64,000 nucleotides of DNA, taken from the IMG/VR virus record IMGVR_UViG_3300037071_003688; one strand, 5' to 3'. Positions 34,166-44,500 of this stretch are shown one piece after another (the first letter of the stretch is position 1; every line of letters starts with the position of its first letter). This DNA is from a virus. The translations under genes and the position numbers were made by a program. The notes beneath the pieces are model-generated. The model ran no database searches. It saw only the letters and a list, made by a program, of their open reading frames with translations, and was not told where the DNA came from.

Positions 34166-36250
34166 GTGGCTGCTCGACAGAAGGCCGACACCCGCAAGCT
34201 GCGACTGTTCGCCCGGGAAACGAAGCGCCACGGCGACTTCGCGATGGTGATGCCCCGTGCCACGGCCGGGTTGAAGCAGATCAAGGAAGGCTTCGAGCCA
34301 CGCAACCTGCGTGACGGCTGGGCACGCGACGCCTACGTATTCGCCGACGAGATCGGCGAGGTCGGGTTCGTGATGAACCTGCAAGCCAACACCGGCGCCC
34401 AATGCGCGCTGCAACCCCAGAAGTACGACGTCGAGACTCGCCAGTGGTTGGAGACCGACGACGAGCGGGTGCTGCGAGTCCACGCCGCGTTCGTCGGCCC
34501 GCAGGGCGGCTCGGCCGAGTTGATGCGCCGCGGCTTCCTGCATCTCGGCATCGCCGGGGAAACCTTGCTGCTCGGCTCACCGGTCGATGAGGTCGACCTG
34601 AGCTACGGGCTGCACTGGGAGTTCCTGTCGTCGGAGGAGTTGGTGCTGCAACGCGGCGGCAAGGCCGTCCGCAAGTTCGACGGGAACAGCGGCGAAGCGT
34701 TGGGCGACGAGTATTACCTGGCCCGCATCTTCCGGTCGCACCCGATGTTCTCGGCGCTCGCCGACTCCCCGATGCGCCGCGTCCTGGCGATCTGCCAGGA
34801 GATCATCAACCTGACGCAGATGGTGTCGGGCATCGTCCGCTCACGGCTCGCCGCCGGGATCCTGTACGTCCCCGAGGAGATCACCTTCGCGACGGACGCC
34901 GACCCCGACGACCCGGACTCGGATCTCGATGAGGGCGACCTGCGCGACATGGTCGAGGTGTTCCTCAAGCAGTTGGCCGAACACCTCCGCGCCCCAGTCG
35001 AGGATCGCGCTTCGGCGGCTGCGCTCGTCCCCTTGTTGATGCGCGGCCCGGCCGAACTGTTCGACAAGATCGGTCTGATCGAAGTCGCGCGCGGCCTCGA
35101 TACGTACGCCCAGGATCTCCGCAAAGAGGCACTCGCCCGGCTCGCCGCCGGACTCGACATCGACCCGGCGTTGATCGAGGGCGCGGCGTCGCTGAACCAT
35201 TGGACGCTGTACCAGGTCGACGCCAACTTCGTCACGAAGCAGGTCCGCCCGACCGGCGACCTGCTGGCCCGGGCGTTGACCGAGGTCTACCTGCGCACCA
35301 TGCTCGAAACGTTCGAGGGGATGGAGCCGACCGAGGTCCGCCTGTACCGGTGGATCTTCGACCCGGCCGCGATCATGGCCCGCACCGACGAAGCCGCGTC
35401 GAGCCGGATCCTGTACGACATGAACGTCCTCTCGGAGGACGCCCTGCTGCGCGCCAACGGCTTCGCCGACGCCGACGCCGTCGAGGACGACGAGTTGAAC
35501 AAGCGGCTCGCGATGCAGATGTTGCTGCGCGACCCGGCCAACATGGGGCCGGTCGTGTCCGATGTCCTCGGCCTCCAAGGCTGGGATTGGTCGAAGCTGC
35601 CATCCGCCGCCGGGGGCAGCCCGTTCGGGACACCGGGGGCGCCGGGCGCCCCGCCCGGTCCGGGATCGTTGGGAGCGCCTGCGCCACGCAAGGGGCTGCC
35701 ACCATTGAACGCGACACCCCCGGCGAACGGTCAGCCGCCGAACCCGAACCAGCAGTTCCCGGACAAGACGACCGGGATGCAGGAACCACCGAACCCGGGC
35801 TTCTCGCTGCTCGTGGACCGCCTCGCGGTCGCCGCCGACGCCGCCGTCGAACGAGCATTGGAGAAGGCCGCAGCGCGGTTCGTCACGAAGGCCCGCCGCG
35901 TCGAGGGGTTGCGTCAACGCGTCGAGCACGTGCAAGGCACCGCGGTGCTGACCGCGGTGTCACCATCGGATCTGCTGTCGGTCGACTGCCCACCGGCGAT
36001 GCTGCTCGCCAAGGCGTGGGACTCGTTCGGCGACAACGCCCGCCGGTGGGTCAAGACCTACGCCATGAACCTCGGCGCCGATCAACTCTCCGCCGATGAC
36101 CTGGCCGCGCTCGCCTCCTCGAAGCTGTGCGAGTCGTTGCAGGAGTTGATGACGCTCAACATGCACGAGCGGCTCCCGGTCACGGGCAACGGCACCAAGG
36201 TCAACTCGGCTCTGATCTCCAACGCATTGCGTGCCGCCGGGGTCTGGTGA
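34166..36250 (+). CDS. Portal protein
   Basis: RIFRSHP..ADSP, SRLAAGILYVPEE, RLAAGLD, NHW motifs of actinophage portals; Pro-rich tail; directly upstream of the MuF region. Confidence 0.8.
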   Translation: MAARQKADTRKLRLFARETKRHGDFAMVMPRATAGLKQIKEGFEPRNLRDGWARDAYVFADEIGEVGFVMNLQANTGAQCALQPQKYDVETRQWLETDDERVLRVHAAFVGPQGGSAELMRRGFLHLGIAGETLLLGSPVDEVDLSYGLHWEFLSSEELVLQRGGKAVRKFDGNSGEALGDEYYLARIFRSHPMFSALADSPMRRVLAICQEIINLTQMVSGIVRSRLAAGILYVPEEITFATDADPDDPDSDLDEGDLRDMVEVFLKQLAEHLRAPVEDRASAAALVPLLMRGPAELFDKIGLIEVARGLDTYAQDLRKEALARLAAGLDIDPALIEGAASLNHWTLYQVDANFVTKQVRPTGDLLARALTEVYLRTMLETFEGMEPTEVRLYRWIFDPAAIMARTDEAASSRILYDMNVLSEDALLRANGFADADAVEDDELNKRLAMQMLLRDPANMGPVVSDVLGLQGWDWSKLPSAAGGSPFGTPGAPGAPPGPGSLGAPAPRKGLPPLNATPPANGQPPNPNQQFPDKTTGMQEPPNPGFSLLVDRLAVAADAAVERALEKAAARFVTKARRVEGLRQRVEHVQGTAVLTAVSPSDLLSVDCPPAMLLAKAWDSFGDNARRWVKTYAMNLGADQLSADDLAALASSKLCESLQELMTLNMHERLPVTGNGTKVNSALISNALRAAGVW

Positions 36251-36256
36251 CCGATC

Positions 36257-39200
36257 GTGGCCACCGCCACGTTCGCCAATCCGTGGCATGACGAAATAGG
36301 TCGCTTCGCGCCCAAGGGAACCGGCACGAAGTTCGGCGCGACGCAGGACGAGATGCGGTCTCTGTTCGAGCCGGTGCGTCCGCTCGTGGACGTCCTCGAA
36401 GGCGCCGGTGCGAAGACCTACCTCGTGGGCGGCTCGGTCCGTGACCGGCTGCTCGGCATCGACGCCAAGGACATTGACATCGAAGTCCACGGGCTGACCC
36501 CCGACGAGACCATCGCACTGTTGAAGGAACGGGGCGCCCGCGTCGATGAGGTCGGCAAGGCGTTCGGCGTGTTGAAGGTGACATTCGACGGCGAGACCCA
36601 CGACTTCTCGTTCCCCCGCACCGAGGTCAAGACCGGCGAAGGCCACACCGGCTTCGATGTCACCGTCGACCCGAACCTCGGCATCGAGCAGGCGCTCGCC
36701 CGCCGCGACTTCACCATGAACGCGCTCGCCGTCGACTCCGACGGCAACATGGTCGACCCGTTCGGCGGGGTCGCTGACCTCAAGGCCGGTGTGCTGCGCC
36801 ACGTCGGCCCGGCGTTCTCAGAGGATCCGCTCCGCATCCTGCGCGGCGTCCAGTTCGCCGCCCGCCTCGGCCTCAAGTTCGACCCGGAGACCGCCAAGCT
36901 CGCCCACGACCTGCTGCCCGAGTTGGAGAACATCTCGACGGAACGCGTGTGGGGCGAGTTCGAGAAGCTCGGCGGTAAGGGCGTCTCGATGGAGGCCGGT
37001 GTCCAGGCACTCAAGGACGTCGGTCTCGACACCCGCTACGGCAACGTCCACTTCGACGGCGAACCGAACCTGACCGGTCTCACCGGCGACCATCGCGCCG
37101 CCGTCGCGCTCACCGCGATCGGCGTCGACCCCCGCCAGATCGGAGCGCCGAACACCGTCTCCCGCACCATGCGCGACGTCAGCCAGGCGCTCGCGTTCAC
37201 CGGCGACCAGGCCGCATCCCGGACCGCGGCCCGCGAGTTGAAGTACGGCACGTTCGAGGACGCCGCCCGGATCGCAGGCCCAAACGACAACGTCGACCCA
37301 CGTGTCCTCACCGGCCCACTCCCCGGACTCGTGACCGGCAACGACGTGATGGCCCGCGGTGTGCGCGGCTCAGCGATCGGCGAGGTCCTGCGCGCCGTGC
37401 AACAGGCCCAGGACAACGAGACCATCGTGACCCGCGAGGACGCGCTCGCCTGGCTCGACAAGCACGCCACCGCCGCTATCCGCCGCTCCGCCGCGTTCGT
37501 GAATCCGTGGCACGACGAGGTCGGACGGTTCGCCCCGAAGGGAACGGGACGCCGGTTCGAGCCGCGCGGCGGCGCCGACGCCCAAGCACAGGCGCTCGCA
37601 GAAGCGATGGCGACACGAGCCGAGTTGAACGGCGGGTTCACATTCGACCCGCGCGGCAACCTGTTCATCAAACCCGATCCGTCGCTGCCCCGCGAGGAAC
37701 ATCGCGGCGCTGTCGCCGTGCCCGGCCATTCGGCGATCATCACGATGGAAGCCTTCCAGGACCCGACACGTGGCAAACAGTTCATCCGCGACTACCTCGA
37801 CCAGCACGCCGAAACCATCGCCTCGCAACCGGACATCTTCATCGGCGGCTGGCACGACCGAGCGCACGGCGAGGTCGTGCTCGACCTGTCGCAGGTGCGC
37901 CCCCTCGATGAGGCGATCAAACTCGGGATCGAACGCGGCGAACAAGCGATCTTCGATCTCGACAGCGAGGAAGACGTCCCAACTCACGGGACAGGCGGAC
38001 GCGAGAACGTCAAGATAGTTGACGCATCGGGTCAGGGTTTGGTACGATTCAGTCATGGCAGATACCGCGGACCACCGCCAGCAGGCGCCGGACGTAACGG
38101 TACGTCCGGGCGACCTGGAAGGCTGGGCGGACAAGTCCGAGGAGGAGAAGCAGGCGATCGTGGACGCCATGTACGAGGGTCTGAGTTCGCCAACCCCTGG
38201 CACGACGAGATAGGCCAGTTCGCGCCGAAAGGAACCGGCTCGACCGGGAAGGGCCGCTCCTCGAAGGCGGAGGAGGCCGCAGCGGCGAAGCTCGCCCGGG
38301 CGAAGGCCCGCAAGGTCCCGAAGCCGACCGAGGACGACGTGATCCAAGGCCAGGTCGACGCCCTCCTCGCGCGTGAGGGTTTGGTGCGCGCCGGTGGCGA
38401 TCGGCGTGGCAACAACACGGCCCGGAAGAAGCGCGCCAAGGCGCTCGCCGCCGAGTTCGGCGACGGCACGACCTGCGCCTGCCCGGACTGCGGGCAGCGC
38501 ATCGCGGCCGACGCGGCAACCGCCGAGAAGCTCGGCATCGACGCGCTCACGCAGGACAAGATCCTGGTGGGCACGTTGGGTGGCTCCTACAAGATGGAGA
38601 ACCTGATCCCGACCTGCCCGCCATGCAACCAGTCGCGCGGCGACCGGGAGGGCATCGGTGTCGTCGGCGACGTGCGCCAGACGTGGGGATCAGCGGAACG
38701 GTTCACGCGGACGGTGGTGCGTCAGCACGGCGACGCCATCGCTCAACGCTTCCAGGAGCGCCGGTCGGCGATCATGAAGCGCAAGGGGATCACGTGGGAG
38801 GAGCACATCGCCGAGAACCCGGACGCGCTCCCGCAGGACTTCGATCGGCTACGCCGCCCGGTCGGCGGGAACTTCGCCGTCGACGGCTGGACCCCCGGGG
38901 AGATCGTCACCGACTGGCTCGATCGTGTCGCCGTCAACGGCCACGCCGTCGACCATGAACTTCGTGTAGACGATCCCGTTCGAGTCGACTTCCCAGGTGA
39001 GCAACTCACCCTCGACCCCTGGGTCACCGACGATCGGGTTGTCGAGGTCATCGGGGGTGTCCCACCCGAACCGCTTGGCTCGCACGATCGTGCCGTCCTC
39101 AACCACAGACCGCAGCGTAGCGAGTTCGGCAACCCGTGGCATGACGAGATCGGTCAGTTCGCGCCGAAGGGCACGGGCACCAACTTCGCCAACATCGCCC

Positions 39201-41506
39201 GTCGCGCGGACGAAGCGGAAGCGGCCGGATCGCAGATCTCAGAACTCGACCTTGAGCAGGCCGCACTGCTCGATGACCGGCTGCGCGAGTTCGGGAAGGC
39301 GATGGGCAGCGACTTCCAGAACGACGACGGCGTCAGGCTGACCCATCACGCACTCGACCAGCGGCATGGGCGTGGGACGATGAACGGACTCGCCGCCACC
39401 AACCCGGATGGCGTGGTGCTGGGCGCGATCGCCTACAACAAGAACCCCGGCGACTACCACATCGAGTTCCTCGGCTCGACCGGTCTCGTCAAGGGCGTCG
39501 GTTCGCAGTTGGTGATCCCCGTGATGGAACGGGCCGCAGCCGATGGGGCAAAGGTGACACTCAAGGTCGCCGGGACAAAGAGCGCCGCCTCGTTCTGGGA
39601 GTCGCTCGGCTTCGAGCGGGACTGGGAGAGCGCCACCGGCGCCACCATGCAGCCCGCCGACGTGCAGGCATGGGTGGCGAATCTCAACCGCGAACGCGAG
39701 GGTGTCTTGGTCGGCGCAGGCGCAGCACCAGAAGGATGGGATCCCGACGACGACCGCTGGGCTGCCCACGCGATCGAACTCGGGCTGATGTCCATTGTCG
39801 CCTCCGCGGCGCAGTTCATGAACCCGTGGCACGACGAGGTGGGTCGGTTCGCGCCGAAGGGGACCGGGCGCAAGTTCGGTAAGCACGTCTCGTGGCATGT
39901 CGGCTCAAACGGCTACGAGGTGATGCACAACGGGAAATGGGTCCGGACGCCGGAAGCCATCAAGCACTACGGCGCGCTCGAAGTAGCGCAGCACATGTCG
40001 CCGCTCGAAGCCCGTCAACTCCGTGAGGAGTTGGAAGGCCAGACGATGATCGACCTTCTCAATGACACGGACGTTCAGTACAAGGCAACGGCATCGCTGG
40101 CGGTCCTGACTCACGACCCGAACTTGCACGGCAAGGAAGGTTTCGAGCATCTTCAACGTCAAGTCACCTTCGCCAAAGAGGCCGACCTCGGGCTGGTGAT
40201 GCAGTTGTACGCCGCAGAGCAGTTCGCCTCATGGGAACACTCCGGGGTCGACATCGCCCTGTTGAAGGAAGCCACGCAGGCGCACATGCGCGGTGAGATT
40301 GACGCCGCCTCACTGTCACGGATGATCACCGAGCAGTACGGGATCACGGTCGAATCGGGCGCCGTTGGCTGGTTCAACCGGGCCTGGCAGATCTCCGCCG
40401 TCTCCCACGAATCAACTGCGATGCAGATCCAGATCGCCGAGCAACGCGGTCTAAGCGCAGCCGATGCGGCGATGCGCGACTACGTCGGCGACTCGACGCT
40501 GGACAAAGCCAACGATCTGACGTGGTCGATGGGAGCGACGATCAACGCCGTGACGTCGGCTCACATCCGCAACACTGAGGAGAAGCTGACCCAGGCCCCG
40601 GAACTGGCGTTGCCGACGATCCACCGAGGCTTGAAGGGTGAACAGTTCACCAGCATCCAGGCCGGTGACACGGTCCAGTCGAACCCCTTGTCGTCGTGGT
40701 CGTTCGACCCGAACCAGGCCGAGCACTTCGCCACCAACTTCATCGACACACAAGGGATCGTGATCACCACCGAGTTCAACCCGGCCAACGTGCTCACCAT
40801 CAGCGACATCAGCGGCATGGGATCACTGGACGAGCGAGAAGTGATCATGATCGGCGAACCGGTCAAGGTCACCCGCGCTCGTCTTCCAACGAAGCCCAGC
40901 GGTTGGGCAGTGATCCCGGAGAACGTGTACCTGATTGACACCCCGGAGAACGTCGACTGGATCACCCGCGAACCCGACGAAGCTCTGACGGCATCGGCGG
41001 CCAAGTTCGCGAATCCGTGGCATGACGAGATCGGACGTTTCGCGCCGAAGGGTCAGGGCAGCACGTCCGGCGGGCTGGACAACGAGGAGGCTGACGCCGA
41101 GTTCGAGGAGAAGTACGGCAACGAACGCCGATCCGGCGACGGCGACTGCTTCGAGGTCGGTTTGCACTTCATCCACTCCATCCCTCGCGGCGAGGAGGAC
41201 CGCTACAAGCTGTGTCACGGCGTGCCCGAGGGCCAAGGCCCGATCGAAGGCGTCCGCTTCGATCACTGCTGGATCGAACGAACCGACCCGCTCCCCGAGA
41301 CCATGACCCCCGAGCAGCGGGCGATGTTCGAGCAGTACGAGATGAACATCACCGTGATCGACAAGTCGAACGGCAACGATGTCGAGATGCCCCGACTGCT
41401 GTACTACCAGTTGGGCAGCATCAATCCTCGCGACGTCCGCCGCTACACACCAGACGAAGCCCGCCGCGAGGCCGTCCGAACCGGGGTTTACGGGCCGTGG
41501 ACATAG
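36257..41506 (+). CDS. Modular effector polyprotein A: tRNA nucleotidyltransferase, unknown domain, HNH, GNAT, ADP-ribosyltransferase, Cys-His domain
   Basis: GGSVRD/DIDI/RRDFTMNAL/EDPLR; CPDC..NLIPTCPPCN; KGVGSQL..FWESLGF; HRG/SSWS/EREV; GDCF..HCWIE. Six NPWHD motifs. Confidence 0.85.
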   Translation: MATATFANPWHDEIGRFAPKGTGTKFGATQDEMRSLFEPVRPLVDVLEGAGAKTYLVGGSVRDRLLGIDAKDIDIEVHGLTPDETIALLKERGARVDEVGKAFGVLKVTFDGETHDFSFPRTEVKTGEGHTGFDVTVDPNLGIEQALARRDFTMNALAVDSDGNMVDPFGGVADLKAGVLRHVGPAFSEDPLRILRGVQFAARLGLKFDPETAKLAHDLLPELENISTERVWGEFEKLGGKGVSMEAGVQALKDVGLDTRYGNVHFDGEPNLTGLTGDHRAAVALTAIGVDPRQIGAPNTVSRTMRDVSQALAFTGDQAASRTAARELKYGTFEDAARIAGPNDNVDPRVLTGPLPGLVTGNDVMARGVRGSAIGEVLRAVQQAQDNETIVTREDALAWLDKHATAAIRRSAAFVNPWHDEVGRFAPKGTGRRFEPRGGADAQAQALAEAMATRAELNGGFTFDPRGNLFIKPDPSLPREEHRGAVAVPGHSAIITMEAFQDPTRGKQFIRDYLDQHAETIASQPDIFIGGWHDRAHGEVVLDLSQVRPLDEAIKLGIERGEQAIFDLDSEEDVPTHGTGGRENVKIVDASGQGLVRFSHGRYRGPPPAGAGRNGTSGRPGRLGGQVRGGEAGDRGRHVRGSEFANPWHDEIGQFAPKGTGSTGKGRSSKAEEAAAAKLARAKARKVPKPTEDDVIQGQVDALLAREGLVRAGGDRRGNNTARKKRAKALAAEFGDGTTCACPDCGQRIAADAATAEKLGIDALTQDKILVGTLGGSYKMENLIPTCPPCNQSRGDREGIGVVGDVRQTWGSAERFTRTVVRQHGDAIAQRFQERRSAIMKRKGITWEEHIAENPDALPQDFDRLRRPVGGNFAVDGWTPGEIVTDWLDRVAVNGHAVDHELRVDDPVRVDFPGEQLTLDPWVTDDRVVEVIGGVPPEPLGSHDRAVLNHRPQRSEFGNPWHDEIGQFAPKGTGTNFANIARRADEAEAAGSQISELDLEQAALLDDRLREFGKAMGSDFQNDDGVRLTHHALDQRHGRGTMNGLAATNPDGVVLGAIAYNKNPGDYHIEFLGSTGLVKGVGSQLVIPVMERAAADGAKVTLKVAGTKSAASFWESLGFERDWESATGATMQPADVQAWVANLNREREGVLVGAGAAPEGWDPDDDRWAAHAIELGLMSIVASAAQFMNPWHDEVGRFAPKGTGRKFGKHVSWHVGSNGYEVMHNGKWVRTPEAIKHYGALEVAQHMSPLEARQLREELEGQTMIDLLNDTDVQYKATASLAVLTHDPNLHGKEGFEHLQRQVTFAKEADLGLVMQLYAAEQFASWEHSGVDIALLKEATQAHMRGEIDAASLSRMITEQYGITVESGAVGWFNRAWQISAVSHESTAMQIQIAEQRGLSAADAAMRDYVGDSTLDKANDLTWSMGATINAVTSAHIRNTEEKLTQAPELALPTIHRGLKGEQFTSIQAGDTVQSNPLSSWSFDPNQAEHFATNFIDTQGIVITTEFNPANVLTISDISGMGSLDEREVIMIGEPVKVTRARLPTKPSGWAVIPENVYLIDTPENVDWITREPDEALTASAAKFANPWHDEIGRFAPKGQGSTSGGLDNEEADAEFEEKYGNERRSGDGDCFEVGLHFIHSIPRGEEDRYKLCHGVPEGQGPIEGVRFDHCWIERTDPLPETMTPEQRAMFEQYEMNITVIDKSNGNDVEMPRLLYYQLGSINPRDVRRYTPDEARREAVRTGVYGPWT
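38055..38213 (+). CDS. Overprinted 52-aa acidic protein inside polyprotein A
   Basis: Class I promoter (TTGACG 38019, TACGAT 38043) with ATG 6 nt downstream, in another frame. Confidence 0.55.
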   Translation: MADTADHRQQAPDVTVRPGDLEGWADKSEEEKQAIVDAMYEGLSSPTPGTTR

Positions 41507-44500
41507 CGCCGACCATCCCCGTCCCGACCACAGAGGCAGAGATCGGAACCCTGCGCGTCCCGATCGACCCCGACGATCCGCTGCTCGCCGATCAGACGCT
41601 CGTGGCGTCGGCCGGGATCATCGCCGACTTCGAGGACTCGTACCTCGATGAACTGACCGGCGCCGTCGAACAGTCGTTGCGATCACTCCGCCAGATGGTC
41701 GTGCAACGCCTCCGCGCGCACGCCACCATCGCGAAACCGATCGCTGCGTCGGCCGCACGCAACGGCCAGTTCATGAACCCGTGGCACGACGACCGAGGCC
41801 GCTTCGCTCCGAAGGGGACCGGCCGCGCGAACGCGATCCGGACGTGGGGCACCGACCGCAAGGTCACCATCGAGAAGTGGGTGTCGGGTCACAAGCATTC
41901 GGTGACGACCTCGAACGGCGACGTGATCGTCCTCCACGACCACAACAACGTCCTGTCGCAAAGCCCCGGCGGCGAGCAAGCCATCAGCGACTTGTTGAAC
42001 GGCGCCGCCGACGCACATGACCTGTGCCCGGGGATGAACGTCCCGCAGATCATGGTCAAGAACGTCGACGGGCTGATCGCCGACATGGCCGCGCTGCATG
42101 ACATGCAACGCGTCGAATGGGAACGGCTCCGCAACGTCGGCGCGTTCGTCACCGGCAACAGCCCGGACGGCAATAAGGCGCCGGGCTGGATCTTCGTCAA
42201 CCCGGACCGGCTGCACAGTGAGCAGCTTTACGCCCAGGATGACATGCCCGCCATGATCGCTCTCGGCCCGGCCCGCTACAAGGTGATGCACGAGTACGGG
42301 CATCTGCGCATGACCCAAGGTCTCGACTCGGTGTTCGCGATCAACGATCAGTTCAAGTACACGAGCGACTCGCGTCGCAGCGGCGGGATGTCGAAGTACG
42401 GCAACACGAAACCGATCGAGGCGCACGCCGAGGCGTTCGCCGAATGGGCGGCACGCGGCGGCAACATCGAGCGCGGCCCGAAGGGCCAGTTCCTCACCGA
42501 CATCGACTATGTCGTCACGTCGTACGCCAACGCGTTCGGGTGGGGCAAGGACCTCGAACAGGTCGGCCGTCCGCTCGCCGTCGCTGCCGCCGGTGGGCCG
42601 CAGGACCCGATCCCGTTGATCATCGGTGACAGCCCGGAAGGCCCGATCTACATCTACGCGGACGGAACCATCGAGGAGACGCTCGTCGCCTCCGCCGGGC
42701 AGTTCATGAACCCGTGGCACGACGAGATCGGCCGGTTCGCCCCGAAGGGGACCGGCCGCTACATCAAGGTGCTCGGCGAGTTCCCCGGCGAACCGTCGCA
42801 GGAGATGTTGGCGAACGCCGACTTCCGCTACCAGGCCGACATGGGCAAGCGGTTTACGTGGCTGTGGCAACGCACCTATCAGACGCATCGAGCGGTGAAG
42901 CAGATCGCCCGCAATCTGCTCGCCGGGAACGAGCCGTTCGACGGGGTCGATCTCAACGACCCGCTCTTGGAGCGGTACTCGAAGCCATCCCGCTTCGCGG
43001 GCGGCCCCAAGCACGAGTACAACGAAACCGATCTCCACAACGATCTGCAAGCCGCAGCCGAATGGATCCTGGTCCAGCCCGTCGAGAAGCAGCCCGTGCT
43101 CTACCGCGGGGCGATGACCGACGAATCGAAGATGGGTGTCTTCAAGGTCGGTGCTGACATCCCGCTCGACCTGGTCTCGGCGACACCGGACCGGTTCGAG
43201 GCCGCGCCGTACTCGTCACCATTCGGTTCTCCCACGTCCTACCTCGACCCGGTCCGGCTGTCGTTCCAGTTCACCGGCGCCGAAGGCACGAGCCTGCGTC
43301 CGCATGTGACCGGCAACATGAGCGACTCGAAGGAAGTCGTGATGCGGGGACGCGGCCGGATCACACGGATGGAGAAGAACGAGCACGGGATCTGGCAGAT
43401 CTGGGTCGACGCCTCGAACGCCCAAGAGGAGGCGTTGGCCGCGTCGATCGGCGACGACGCCGTGATCCTGGCGATCCTCGACCAACCGTTCCACCACTAC
43501 GACGAAACCGGCGCGCTCGTCGCCGCCGCCGGGCAGTTCATGAATCCGTGGCACGACGAGATCGGTCGCTTCGCGCCGAAAGGCACCGGCGTCAAGCGGC
43601 TCGGCCCGAAGACCCTCAACGACGACCCGACCGCCTACGACAAGGTCGATCTCGATGACATGGAGGCAACCAAGGCCAGCCTCGAAGCGTACGCCGACCA
43701 TGTGACCGCGGAACTCGCCGACATGTTCCCCGGCGAGGAACTCATCTTCGGCCTTGACGAGTATCACAAGATCGCCAAGAGCACCCGGCCCCCCGAATAC
43801 CATGCTCAGTTTCGGCTGACGAACGCTGACGGCGAAGACGTGGCGAAGATGGCGCGGGTCATCGAGATGGAGGATGACAGCGCATTCGCTGCCGGGATGT
43901 GGGTTGACGACTCGATGCAGGGCAAGGGCATCGGCACCGTGCTGCAAGAGGGCTTCGAGCACTGGGCGGCATCGCAGGATCTCAGTGCGATCAACGTGTT
44001 CGCCACGATGGTCGGCCGGTGGGCGTGGATGCGCGCCGGTTATGACTGGGCGAACACCGAAGCGTTCGGCGACATCGCCAACCTGCTCGGCGACGCCGAC
44101 CCAGTCGGTCGCTCATTCAGGCGGGCGTGGCAGGACGTCACCATCCCTGACGATCTACCAACGCCGTACGAGTTGTCGAACATTCTCGGTCGCAAAGCGA
44201 TCCTCCATCCGCAGTTCCCGAACTGGTCGGGCACCAAGCCGCTGCGCACCCGGGCACTGGCACTCGCCGCCACCGCCATAGCGCCCCGTGAGGAGCGTCT
44301 CGCCAAGGTGCGCGAGGCGTACGCCCAGTGGTGGCCGCAGTACCCGGCCGCGGCCGAGGGCTACATCGTTGACCCGGAGGCCGAGGCCGCATGGGAAGCG
44401 TTGATGCAGGGCGGGCTGGTCGCGGCGGGGCCGTTCGATCTGGACGACTTCAACGTGATGACCGCCGAGGAGTGGGCGCTGGCGTTCGATGTCGAGGCAG

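Noticed and set aside
41212-41496. N-terminal extension of polyprotein B (also extensions at 54779, 54264, 31631, 15688)
   Set aside because: Arg/Pro-rich off-frame overlap with the upstream gene or sRNA; better-supported downstream starts exist.
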